Positions 27,835 to 37,423 of a DNA stretch of 64,000 bases are shown here, one piece after another. Under the pieces are notes generated by a model. It was not told where the DNA came from. It made no database searches and was given only the letters and a program-made list of their open reading frames with translations. Position numbers and translations under genes: made by a program. Source of the stretch: Polyangiaceae bacterium (GTDB taxonomy: Bacteria > Myxococcota_A > Polyangia > Polyangiales > Polyangiaceae); the NCBI GenBank assembly GCA_050287085.1, contig JBNKBE010000012.1:32001-96000 (forward strand), in the 5' to 3' direction. Positions within the stretch are counted from its first letter, which is position 1, and each line of letters begins with the position of its first letter.

Positions 27835-30156
27835 CTAGCGGGACGCCAAGTCGAATCGATCTAGCCGCATTACCTTCACCCATGCCGCCACGAAGTCACG
27901 CACGAATCGCTCCTTCGCATCGTCAGCGGCGTATACCTCGACCAGTGCGCGCAGTTGCGCGTTTGAGCCGAACACCAAGTCCACGGCAGTGCCGGTCCAC
28001 TTCACGGCCCCCGTCTTGCGATCGACGGCTTCATAGGTCGCGCCACTGCCTTTTCTCCACTCCACGCTGATATCGACCAGGTTCAGGAAGAAGTCGTTGC
28101 TCAACGTGCCCGGCCGCTCCGTCAGCACCCCCAAGCGGGAGCCGTCGTAGTTGGTGTCCAGCACGCGGAGACCCGCCACCAGAACGCTCATTTCCGGCGC
28201 CGTCAGGGTCAACGCGTCAGCCTTGTCCACGAGCATCGCGGCCGCGACCACGTCTTCAGCTCCCCCAAGGTAGTTGCGAAAGCCGTCGGACTTTGGCTCG
28301 AGCACAGCAAACGATTCCACATCGGTCATTTCTTGCGTGGCATCGCTGCGCCCGGGCGCAAACGGAACAGTCACCGGCGTGCCCCCTTTGCGCGCGGCCT
28401 CTTCAATCGCTGCACTCCCCGAGAGCACAATCATGTCAGCCAGCGAGATCTTCCGCCCTCCCGCCGCAGAGTTGAAGCGCTCCCGGATTTGCTCGAGCAC
28501 AGGCAGCACCTTGCCAAACTCTGCTGGCTGGTTGATGGCCCAATCCTTTTGCGGCGCAAGACGCAAGCGAGCTCCGTTCGCACCGCCCCGCATGTCGGTA
28601 TCGCGGTAGGTGGACGCCGAGGCCCAGGCCACTTTGACCAACTGCGGAATCGTAAGGCCGGAAGCTAGCACCTGCTGTTTGAGTGCAGCAACGTCCGCGG
28701 CGGTGACCAACGCATGCTCGACCTTGGGCACTGGATCTTGCCATAGCTGCGGCTCTGGCACGTCGCTTCCGAGCAGACGGCTTGGGGGCCCCATGTCGCG
28801 ATGGGTCAGCTTGAACCAAGCGCGGGCAAATGCCGCTTCGAATTGCTTGGGGTCGTCATGGAATCGCTGGGAGATAGCCCGGTACTTCGGGTCTTTTATC
28901 AACGCCAAGTCGGTGGTGAACATCATTGGCTTGTGAGTCTTGCTCGGATCGTGGGCATCCGGCACCACCGCCGCGGCCCCCTTGGGCGTCCACTGTTGCG
29001 CCCCTCCCGGACTCTTCGTCAGCTCCCATTCGTAGCGGAATAGGTTCCCAAAGTAGTCGTGGGACCACTTGGCAGGCGTCATCGTCCAAGCGCCTTCCAA
29101 ACCGCTGGTCACGGTATCTGCGCCATTGCCGGTACCGCACTTATTCTTCCAGCCAAGCCCCTGCTCTTCCAACGGCGCAGCTTCCGGCTCCGCACCGACA
29201 CATTCGCTCGGCTTGTGCGCCCCATGCGCCTTGCCCAGTGTGTGGCCGCCCGCGATCAGAGCAACGGTTTCCTCGTCGTTCATCGCCATGCGCCCAAATG
29301 CGATGCGGATATGCTTAGCTGCTGCCAGCGGGTCAGCGTTGCCGTGAGGGCCTTCCGGATTGACATAGATGAGGCCCATCTGCGTCGCGCCAAAAGGACG
29401 CTCCAACTTGCCGTCTTTGGTGAAGCGTTGGTCTGCTAGCCACTCGGTTTCCGGCCCCCAGTTGATGTCGGTGGGCTCGTATATGTCTACGCGCCCGCCT
29501 CCGAAACCCAAGGTCTGAAAGCCCATTGATTCGAGCGCAACATTGCCCGACAGCACCATCAGGTCGGCCCACGAGAGACTGCGGCCGTACTTCTTCTTGA
29601 TCGGCCAAAGCAGACGACGGGCCTTGTCGAGATTGGCGTTGTCCGGCCAACTGTTGAGGGGCGCGAAACGAATGGCCCCGTCCGCCGAGCCTCCGCGCCC
29701 GTCGGTGATGCGATAGGTGCCGGAACTGTGCCACGCGAGTCGTATCATCAGGCCACCGTAGTGCCCAAAGTCCGCTGGCCACCAATCCTGCGACGTCGTG
29801 AGAACCTGCTCGATGTCCCGCTTCAGCGCCTGAAGATCTATTTTCTCGAATTCCTTTGCGTAGTCAAATGCGGAATCTACTGGATCACCCTTAGGCGCGT
29901 TGGCTTTGAGGACCCGGAGATCCAGTCGATTCGGCCACCAATCGTCGTTGCCATACGCCCTATGCCCCTCGTAGTTCGGAGCCCCGTGCGCCACTGCGCC
30001 AGTCGCGGGCGTTTCGGGAGCGCTTTGAGCCGCCGGCGTACACGCCCACGGAGCTATCGCCAGAGCGACGACAAGGCTCCCAAGAGACGTTCGTGGAGTT
30101 CGTGAAGCGGCCCGAGTGCGCGAGCTGCCGATATTCGAGTTCGTCTTGTGCTGCAT
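27835..30156 (-). CDS. katG: Catalase-peroxidase with N-terminal export/lipoprotein-like leader
   Basis: RLAWHSSG (distal R/W/H), [54 protein letters not shown]. Confidence 0.97.
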   Translation of the reverse strand: MQHKTNSNIGSSRTRAASRTPRTSLGSLVVALAIAPWACTPAAQSAPETPATGAVAHGAPNYEGHRAYGNDDWWPNRLDLRVLKANAPKGDPVDSAFDYAKEFEKIDLQALKRDIEQVLTTSQDWWPADFGHYGGLMIRLAWHSSGTYRITDGRGGSADGAIRFAPLNSWPDNANLDKARRLLWPIKKKYGRSLSWADLMVLSGNVALESMGFQTLGFGGGRVDIYEPTDINWGPETEWLADQRFTKDGKLERPFGATQMGLIYVNPEGPHGNADPLAAAKHIRIAFGRMAMNDEETVALIAGGHTLGKAHGAHKPSECVGAEPEAAPLEEQGLGWKNKCGTGNGADTVTSGLEGAWTMTPAKWSHDYFGNLFRYEWELTKSPGGAQQWTPKGAAAVVPDAHDPSKTHKPMMFTTDLALIKDPKYRAISQRFHDDPKQFEAAFARAWFKLTHRDMGPPSRLLGSDVPEPQLWQDPVPKVEHALVTAADVAALKQQVLASGLTIPQLVKVAWASASTYRDTDMRGGANGARLRLAPQKDWAINQPAEFGKVLPVLEQIRERFNSAAGGRKISLADMIVLSGSAAIEEAARKGGTPVTVPFAPGRSDATQEMTDVESFAVLEPKSDGFRNYLGGAEDVVAAAMLVDKADALTLTAPEMSVLVAGLRVLDTNYDGSRLGVLTERPGTLSNDFFLNLVDISVEWRKGSGATYEAVDRKTGAVKWTGTAVDLVFGSNAQLRALVEVYAADDAKERFVRDFVAAWVKVMRLDRFDLASR

Positions 30157-30363
30157 GGTTCGACCCATTCTCCTTAGAATTTTCTCTTCACACCGCATAC
30201 AGTGCCCACCCCATCAGCAGATGGCGCGGCTGTTCATCTCAGGTGCGATCTTCCGGGGCAAAGCCAACGTTTGCCGTTTGCAGCCACCCAACGGCTGGGA
30301 GCTTGCTTGACGATAGTGTCAGCAGGGCGTCGCACGATCCAAGACATGATTCGGATGACGGTA

Positions 30364-30378
30364 ATAGTCCTGGGCTAT
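30364..30378. promoter_or_regulatory. Putative OxyR half-site ATAG-N7-CTAT upstream of katG
   Basis: ATAGTCCTGGGCTAT, about 210 bp 5' of katG; matches the OxyR/LysR palindrome unit. Confidence 0.55.
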
Positions 30379-30619
30379 CAGGCGGAGCGGAGCTACTTGG
30401 CCAGCAGAAGGTTCACCATCGGAAGCCGACCGCCACAGCGCGCAGGCTGTCCTGCAGAAACGCCGAGAAAGGGCTGGGTGATGAACAGGCTCCGCGCCGC
30501 CGAAGGCGTCTTGGCCTTCGCTCTCATCCGCACCCCAGACGGTCGACGGACGATGCCAAGCAAGCGGAGATACGCAAAGCGGGGTTGCAACTTCAGGTTC
30601 AATATGCAACGGCATCGGC

Positions 30620-31051
30620 ATGCGGAGAGCAGAATCCAGCTTCCGGCGCAGGGCGGGGCTCTGCGCTGTTCTTGCAGCGGCGCTGGCTCACAGCTGCACC
30701 CTCGACGTGGATCCGATTGGCGAGACCGACGATGAGTCGGCTGCTAGCGACAATGAGTCGGCTACCAGCACCGGTGTCAAAGAACAGAAAGAGTGCGCCG
30801 ACTACTGCCGCGCTCGCGAGGCAAAGGGTTGCGCAGGCCTCACATCCACTTGCACAGCGGTATGCAATGCGTCTTTCTTCGCGGCCGAAAACCAGGGCGC
30901 GTGTTCGACATTGGCGCTCGAAGCAGAGCGGTGCTCGCACTCCGCCGAGGTCGTGGAGCTGGGATGCAAACCCAAATCCAGCGAGGTCGACGCGCTGTGC
31001 GAAGAATCAGAGAAGGCACTTGAGGCGTGCATGGCGGAGCGCGACGGCTAA
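30620..31051 (+). CDS. Small Cys-rich lipoprotein
   Basis: ALAHSC lipobox, acidic linker, C..YC....C....C...C....C......C....C.....C.......C. Confidence 0.75.
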   Translation: MRRAESSFRRRAGLCAVLAAALAHSCTLDVDPIGETDDESAASDNESATSTGVKEQKECADYCRAREAKGCAGLTSTCTAVCNASFFAAENQGACSTLALEAERCSHSAEVVELGCKPKSSEVDALCEESEKALEACMAERDG

Positions 31052-31134
31052 CGCGGAACTTCGTTCGGGAGTGGCAGGCCCCGCCACGCTTTTTTCGTTG
31101 GCCCCCAGGCGTGCGTCGACTACCGGGGAAGCCC

Positions 31135-34100
31135 ATGGCGGTGCACATCGCGTATCCATCAACGCTCCCCGTATCACAACGAGCCGACGACATCCGAGCG
31201 GCGCTACGCGAACACCAAGTCGTCATCGTGGCTGGAGCCACCGGTTCGGGCAAGACGACGCAGCTACCCAAACTCGCCTTCGAGGTCCGGGAGTCTCTGC
31301 TCACGCCCGCGGCGCTGGATGTAGTCCCAGAGCCAAGGCCGAAGGCTGAAAGCGAAACGACGAGCGAGCCACAGCGCGGCCGACAGCGACGCGATGCAAC
31401 TGTTCCGACGCTGGTTGGCATAACTCAGCCCCGCAGATTGGCCGCCACCAGCGTTGCCGCACGCGTTGCTGAGGAGCTTCGATGTGAGCTGGGGCGCGAG
31501 GTGGGGTACCAGATCCGTTTCGAAGATCGGACGTCGCAGGACACGCGGCTGAAGTTCATGACGGATGGGATCTTGCTGGCTGAGCTCCAAAGCGATCCAC
31601 TGCTTCGACGCTACCACACGCTGATCATTGACGAGGCCCACGAGCGAGGACTGACCGTAGACTTCCTGCTCGGCTGGCTGAAACTCGTCCTTCCGCGGCG
31701 CCCGGACCTCAAGCTGATCGTTAGCTCAGCAACAATCGAGACGCATCGCTTCTCAGAGTTCTTTGGCCGGGCTCCCGTAATCGAGGTGATGGGACGCACG
31801 TTCCCGGTCGACGTGCTCTACGAGCCCCCAGATCAGGAACTCGATCTGGCGGACGCCGTCGCCAACTCCGTCTCCGAATTGGCGGCTCTCGATCCCGAAG
31901 GAGACTTCCTGGTGTTCCTGCCAGGTGAACGTGAGATATCGCAGGCCGAGCGCGCCTTATTGGCAAAGAACTTGCACAACACGGAGATCCTCCCGCTCTT
32001 CGCCCGCCTTTCGGCAGCGGACCAAAACAAGGTATTCGGTGCGCGCACGAAGCGTCGCGTCATCTTGGCGACAAACGTCGCGGAAACGTCCCTCACCATC
32101 CCCGGCATCGTGTACGTGGTCGACACCGGCCTGGCACGCCTCGCTCGCTACGAGCCGCGCACCGGGATCACCCGCCTGCAGATCGAACGCATATCACAGG
32201 CCAGTGCCAACCAACGCAAGGGGCGCGCCGGACGTGTGCGCGAGGGGATCTGCGTTCGCCTATACGACGAAGCGGACTTCCTTGCCCGTTCTGGCTTCAC
32301 AGATCCCGAGATTCGGCGCGTCGGATTGGCGGGCGTCATTCTGCGAATGAAATCGCTGGGACTCGGCGAGATCGAGACCTTTCCCCTGCTGGACGCTCCG
32401 GACGGGCGTGCGGTAACCGAAGGCTACCGCGTCCTGTCAGAGATCGGGGCTCTCGACTCCGAGCGGCAACTGACGGCCCTGGGCCGGCGGCTTGCGCGCT
32501 TCCCGATTGATCCGCGACTGTCGCGCATGATTATCGCGGGCGCCGAATACGACATCCTCGACGACATCTTGGTGCTTGCGGCCGGGCTGGAGATCCAAGA
32601 TCCGCGCGAGCGTCCGCGGGGTATGGAACAAAAAGCCGAGCAGGCTCATCGCCGCTTCCGCGACGAAAGCTCGGACTTTGCTAGCCTGCTGAAGCTGTGG
32701 GCGTTTCTCGACGAAGCGCGCGGGCGGGGTACTTCTCAGCTCAGGCGGGCGTGCAAGGAGAACTTTCTATCCTTCGGAAGGGTGCGTGAGTGGCGCGAGA
32801 TACACCGGCAGCTGCGCGGTGCCGTCAAGGAATTGGGGCGAGCCCTGCCGACACAACCGGCTCGCCAAGGCCGAGCAATGGACCGCAGCGCACGTATTCA
32901 CTGTGCGCTCTTGAGTGGCATACCCTCCCGCATCGGACAATACCTTCCCGAACAGCGCACCTACCAGGGCGCTCGCCAGACGCGCTTCGTGCTGCACCCG
33001 GCATCGTGCCTGGCAAAGAAGCCCCCCGCCTGGGTAATGGCCTTTGAGCTCGTCGAGACAACCCGCTTATTTGCTCGTTCCGCGGCCAAGGTGGATCCGG
33101 AATGGATCGCCATTGCGGCCAGCCACTTGTTGAAGCGTAGCTACTCCGCTCCGCATTGGTCGCAAAAGAGCGCCCGTGCCTCGGTACGGGAACACGCAAC
33201 ACTCTTCGGGCTACCGGTACTGCGCGATCAAAGCATCGACTACGCGACAGTCGAACCCGGTCGGGCTCGCTTGATGTTCCTCGAGCACGCCCTGGTTCGG
33301 GGTGAATACGATACCAAGGAAGAGTTTCATGCTCACAATCGTGCGCTCGTGACGGAGGTATCACGCCTGCGAGACAAGGCACGACGGAGCGATATGCTGT
33401 CGGACGAAGAGACGCAGCTCACGTTCTTCGACCAGCGAGTGCCTAGCAACGTGGTCAACGGCAAGACCTTTCAGCAGTGGTGGAGCAACGCTAAGAGGAA
33501 GACCCCGACGCAACTTCATCTCCGCATGAGCGACGTGCTCCTACAGGAGGAAAGTCTCGAACCGGCAGACTACCCCGACACGCTTGAGCTAGCCGGCGTC
33601 AAAATAGGGGTGTCGTATCGTTTCGATCCGAGAGCTGACGACGACGGCATCACCTTGGACGTCCCCCTTGCGCTGCTTTCCCGCATCGACGCTGGACAAC
33701 TGGACTGGACCATCCCCGGGCTGCACGAGACGCGGCTGCTCGAGTTGCTGCAGCGCCTGCCGCGCTCAACGCGGCGTGAACTCGGCGTGCTGCCCGAGCT
33801 CGCTGCAACGCTCGCGGCGCAGGTCCGTCCCTTTGAACGGGCGCTGATTCCGGCAGTCACCCGCGCCGTCCGCGAACTCACTGGGATAACGTTACCCGAC
33901 GACGCACTCCGTTCCGATCTCCTTCCAGGCTACTTGCGTCCCACCTGCCGCATTCTCGGTGACGACGGGAAAGTACTGGCGACCGGTCGCGATTTGGAGG
34001 CCCTATTTTCGACCCACGGCGCCGCAGCCAAACGTGCTCTTGCCTCTGCGCAGCCAACCCACGACCTTCGGCGTTCCGAGCTTCAAAGCTGGAACTTCGG

Positions 34101-34959
34101 AGAGCTACCCACAGCGATTCTGCAGCACGTTGCAGGAAGCGAAGTGGAGCTCTACCCCGCACTGGTCGATCGCAGCTCGAGTGTCGAGCTCGTCCTGTGC
34201 CCGACTCAGCACGAAGCGCTGACTCTTTCGCAGCACGGCGTCCGTCGCTTGTTGCGCCTCAGTCATCCTCGTCCGTTCACGGCACTGGCAAAACGTATTC
34301 CCAATACATTGACGCCGCTGCAACCCGCAACGAATCCTCTCGGCCCCTCGCGCGCAGCCTTGCAAGCTTTTCGAGAAGTGTTGCTCGACCGCGCCCTGAT
34401 GGAAGCCTGTCCCCTCACGGCCGACACCCTGCCTCGGAACCCCTCTGACTTCGAACAGCTCGCTAGTGATACATTGCCTCACATCGAGTCTGCGCTGAGT
34501 CGAGTGATCGCCATCGTCGGGCCCATTGGGCCCGAGCTCACTCGCACGCAGGTCGCGCTCAACGCGGCAGCGCGCCAGCCCAGCGGCGCCGCTGCGGTGA
34601 GCGACCTACGCGCACAACTGCTCGAGCTCTTTCCCGAAGACCTGCTGCAGACTGTCGCTCTGCAGCAACTGGCCCACTTTCCGCGTTATCTCCAAGGCAT
34701 GTGCGTTCGCTTGGAACGCGCCATCACCAGTCCGCCGAAGGACGCCGCGAAACTAGCCCCGTTTGAACCGCTGTGGCAGGACGTCATCGCCCGCCTCACC
34801 AAGCAGCCGACGGCAGAGCTCAAGGCGCTACGTTGGGCCTGCGAAGAGCTGCGCATCAGCATTTTTGCGCCGGAGCTCAAGACCGCGTTCCCTGTCAGTC
34901 TGAAGAAGCTGAAAGCCGCACTCAGTGTCGCTCAATCCCCCCCTCATGGCGGCCGCTAG
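31135..34959 (+). CDS. hrpA: ATP-dependent RNA helicase HrpA (DEAH box)
   Basis: GATGSGKTTQLPK, TQPRRLAA, DEAHER, SAT, FLPGEREI, QRKGRAGR, C-terminal EELRISIFAPEL. Confidence 0.96.
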   Translation: MAVHIAYPSTLPVSQRADDIRAALREHQVVIVAGATGSGKTTQLPKLAFEVRESLLTPAALDVVPEPRPKAESETTSEPQRGRQRRDATVPTLVGITQPRRLAATSVAARVAEELRCELGREVGYQIRFEDRTSQDTRLKFMTDGILLAELQSDPLLRRYHTLIIDEAHERGLTVDFLLGWLKLVLPRRPDLKLIVSSATIETHRFSEFFGRAPVIEVMGRTFPVDVLYEPPDQELDLADAVANSVSELAALDPEGDFLVFLPGEREISQAERALLAKNLHNTEILPLFARLSAADQNKVFGARTKRRVILATNVAETSLTIPGIVYVVDTGLARLARYEPRTGITRLQIERISQASANQRKGRAGRVREGICVRLYDEADFLARSGFTDPEIRRVGLAGVILRMKSLGLGEIETFPLLDAPDGRAVTEGYRVLSEIGALDSERQLTALGRRLARFPIDPRLSRMIIAGAEYDILDDILVLAAGLEIQDPRERPRGMEQKAEQAHRRFRDESSDFASLLKLWAFLDEARGRGTSQLRRACKENFLSFGRVREWREIHRQLRGAVKELGRALPTQPARQGRAMDRSARIHCALLSGIPSRIGQYLPEQRTYQGARQTRFVLHPASCLAKKPPAWVMAFELVETTRLFARSAAKVDPEWIAIAASHLLKRSYSAPHWSQKSARASVREHATLFGLPVLRDQSIDYATVEPGRARLMFLEHALVRGEYDTKEEFHAHNRALVTEVSRLRDKARRSDMLSDEETQLTFFDQRVPSNVVNGKTFQQWWSNAKRKTPTQLHLRMSDVLLQEESLEPADYPDTLELAGVKIGVSYRFDPRADDDGITLDVPLALLSRIDAGQLDWTIPGLHETRLLELLQRLPRSTRRELGVLPELAATLAAQVRPFERALIPAVTRAVRELTGITLPDDALRSDLLPGYLRPTCRILGDDGKVLATGRDLEALFSTHGAAAKRALASAQPTHDLRRSELQSWNFGELPTAILQHVAGSEVELYPALVDRSSSVELVLCPTQHEALTLSQHGVRRLLRLSHPRPFTALAKRIPNTLTPLQPATNPLGPSRAALQAFREVLLDRALMEACPLTADTLPRNPSDFEQLASDTLPHIESALSRVIAIVGPIGPELTRTQVALNAAARQPSGAAAVSDLRAQLLELFPEDLLQTVALQQLAHFPRYLQGMCVRLERAITSPPKDAAKLAPFEPLWQDVIARLTKQPTAELKALRWACEELRISIFAPELKTAFPVSLKKLKAALSVAQSPPHGGR

Positions 34960-35125
34960 CCCGAGGAACCTCCCCTTTCTTCGCCAAAGGGGGCGACCAA
35001 GCTCCGGGACAGCACCAAGGGTGCCAAGGTGCCAAGTCGGCACGCGACTTTTCTCGAACTGCCCGCTGGACGAAAGGCTGCGATGTGCCCATGCTAGAAC
35101 GAACGTGTCGTCCCATGAATTCAAC

Positions 35126-35710
35126 ATGTCGCGGCGTCCGAGAGGGTATGTGGGACGTCGCCACGAGACGGTCGGCTCCGATATCCTATCGGTCTTGCGT
35201 ATTCTCAAGCTGCCCGAGCAGGTGCTTGGGACAGACGAGGCTAGGCGACTCAGTGCCGTGAATCCCGACGGTTGGTATCCGATCGAGTGGCTCTTGGCGT
35301 TGATGGAAAGCCTCGACCAGCGTGTGGGTCACTATGGACTGCTCCGGATGGGACGACGCATCTTCGAATTGTCTCACCAGCAGCGCGTGCTTCGCGTCGC
35401 GCGCTCTGCGCGCGATATCGTCTATGGCCTAGACTCGATGTACCATCACGCCAACCGCGGACAAGACATCGGCGGCTGGCGTGTCCTCACCTTCGGCGCG
35501 GGCGAGGCAGAAATGGAAAAGACGACGCCGCATCACTGCATCATGGAACAAGGTCTGCTGTCGGCCGCGCTGGCGGCCGTAGGCTGCCCAGGTATCGTTT
35601 CGCAGAGTCGTTGCTTCAGAGAGGGGGCCGATAGCTGTATCTACACGATATCGTCGGCTATCGCCGACGAACGGTGGTCCGGGATCGCACACGAACCAGC
35701 TGTGCCATGA
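35126..35710 (+). CDS. Stand-alone V4R/H-NOX-like small-ligand domain protein
   Basis: WYPIEWL, YHHANRG, PHHCIMEQG, C...G.D.C.Y pattern typical of the V4R fold. Confidence 0.65.
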   Translation: MSRRPRGYVGRRHETVGSDILSVLRILKLPEQVLGTDEARRLSAVNPDGWYPIEWLLALMESLDQRVGHYGLLRMGRRIFELSHQQRVLRVARSARDIVYGLDSMYHHANRGQDIGGWRVLTFGAGEAEMEKTTPHHCIMEQGLLSAALAAVGCPGIVSQSRCFREGADSCIYTISSAIADERWSGIAHEPAVP

Positions 35711-35753
35711 GGCCCCGCCCTGGTCCGGGCCGGAGCTGGGATGTGCCCACCTG

Positions 35754-37244
35754 CTAGCGAGCAGGTAGCTCCGTAAAGTTACCGCTCATCATCAGTAGTG
35801 ACAGTGCGCTCCACGACTTCTGATAGTAGATCGTGCCAGCCGTTAGTGCGCCAGTAGCGACCGCGTCATAGGCATCATTGGTGAACGACAGATTGTCGGC
35901 ACTGAACATCGCACCGACCCCGGCCGGACCCACAAAGGAGGCGGCGCCCAGGCCGTTCATCGAAAACTCGGGACGCTCTGTGCCATCCAGCTCATAGCCA
36001 TCGACGATGTTGGCGACGCCCACGGACTGATAGAAGCTCGTGATCTTTTCCAAGTAGGCAAGTGCGCGTGGCTCACCGTAGTAGCAATAGTCCTGCCCGA
36101 CGCGAAACGGCGTCCGAGTGGAGTCGTTTTGGAAGTGTGTGGGCGCGCCGTCATAGGCGACCTTCGGAGTACCACTTGAGTCACACCACGCTGGAACCAG
36201 ACCATTCTGCGCGTTGCCGCTGGCCTCGTTCAAGCTTGCTTCGATGATTTCGTAGCTGCGATCGATAGCCGCGTTCCAACCCGCCACGTTGTCGACCACC
36301 TCGCCGAAGACGCGATAGTAGGCCGGCGCGAAATAGGAGATGTTCGTAATATCCGCTCCCCCCCAGGCGTCGCCAGGTAGCGGCATCTCGCCGCGACCGT
36401 GATCGATTTCGTGGTCCCAAATCGCTTGAATGAGCTGTCGCGCGTAGTCTCCGTAGGCGGCGTCCAAACTGCCCGCTCCGCCCCACTGACGGTCTGCCAT
36501 GACCAGGGCCCAAGCCATGTCCTCGTCGCCGTCGAGCGCCGCCCCTGTGCCGATCACTTGACCCTGCGGATCGATCTCCCAGTCCATCAAACCGTTGCCA
36601 TTGAAGTAGCGCATCGCGTAGCGCCACAAGAGATCGAAGGTCTCTTGGTCGTCCATGTAGACGGTCAACAACAAGCCGTAGCCCATCCCCTCTGACACCG
36701 TCGAATCGATCACCGAGCCAGAATCAGGCTTACGGACGCGCAGGAAGCCGCTGGCGCCGTCCGACGTGACCACTGTGCGCTTCCAAAGGTCGTAGGCCTC
36801 GCGGACGTCTGCGTTGTCGTAATGGCTCGGGTACACGCAATACTCACTGTCCGTGTTCTGGGGGAATGGAAAACGAGCGTCGCTCGGGCTCGGTGCACCC
36901 CCCGATGAAGCGCCCGCGCTCGGCATGCCGCCGTCGCCTGACTCGCCGCCCCCCATCGGAGCCAAAGCGCCACCCGCCCCACCTCCTCCGGACGCCATAG
37001 TGTTGCCTCCCATGGCGGGCTGCCCCGCCCCAGCGGCACCTGCGCCGCCAGCAGCCCCTCCGCCGCCTGACGCGTCGCTAGCCGGGCTGCCACCAAAGTC
37101 GGGACCCATGCCTTGCGGCTGCGACTCGTTCCCACACCCCACAGAACACAGCGCCAGAAGTGCGATGCTGGCAGTGCACTTGAGAAGCCCGGAAGGCTCA
37201 AGGAAGCCTAGAAGGCTCGACCGCGAAACAGACCCCAATGCCAT
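35754..37244 (-). CDS. Glycoside hydrolase family 8 endoglucanase lipoprotein
   Basis: SVGC lipobox, Gly-rich linker, TVSEGMGYG (catalytic Glu), GLMDW, ALDGDEDMA, PGDAWG, NISYFAPAYY. Confidence 0.92.
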   Translation of the reverse strand: MALGSVSRSSLLGFLEPSGLLKCTASIALLALCSVGCGNESQPQGMGPDFGGSPASDASGGGGAAGGAGAAGAGQPAMGGNTMASGGGGAGGALAPMGGGESGDGGMPSAGASSGGAPSPSDARFPFPQNTDSEYCVYPSHYDNADVREAYDLWKRTVVTSDGASGFLRVRKPDSGSVIDSTVSEGMGYGLLLTVYMDDQETFDLLWRYAMRYFNGNGLMDWEIDPQGQVIGTGAALDGDEDMAWALVMADRQWGGAGSLDAAYGDYARQLIQAIWDHEIDHGRGEMPLPGDAWGGADITNISYFAPAYYRVFGEVVDNVAGWNAAIDRSYEIIEASLNEASGNAQNGLVPAWCDSSGTPKVAYDGAPTHFQNDSTRTPFRVGQDYCYYGEPRALAYLEKITSFYQSVGVANIVDGYELDGTERPEFSMNGLGAASFVGPAGVGAMFSADNLSFTNDAYDAVATGALTAGTIYYQKSWSALSLLMMSGNFTELPAR

Positions 37245-37423
37245 GGCGACACCGTTGCCCACGCAACCGACAAGCGCCAGCGGGGAAGATCCAGGCTCCA
37301 GGGTCGCGAAGCGGCAGGCTCAGTAGCCAAGGAAAGTTACGGGCACGGTACCCAAACCGCGTCCGGAGCGGGCCAGAGCCAGGCCTCTGACGAGCAGCGG
37401 TCAAACACTCCCGAGCGACTCAC

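Noticed and set aside
30093..31349. 418-aa ORF spanning the katG-hrpA gap
   Set aside because: Arg/Ser/Ala-rich with no motif; overlaps katG, the Cys-rich lipoprotein and hrpA
34972..34992. Hairpin CCCCTTT-N7-AAAGGGG after hrpA as intrinsic terminator
   Set aside because: No U-tract follows; too weak to call
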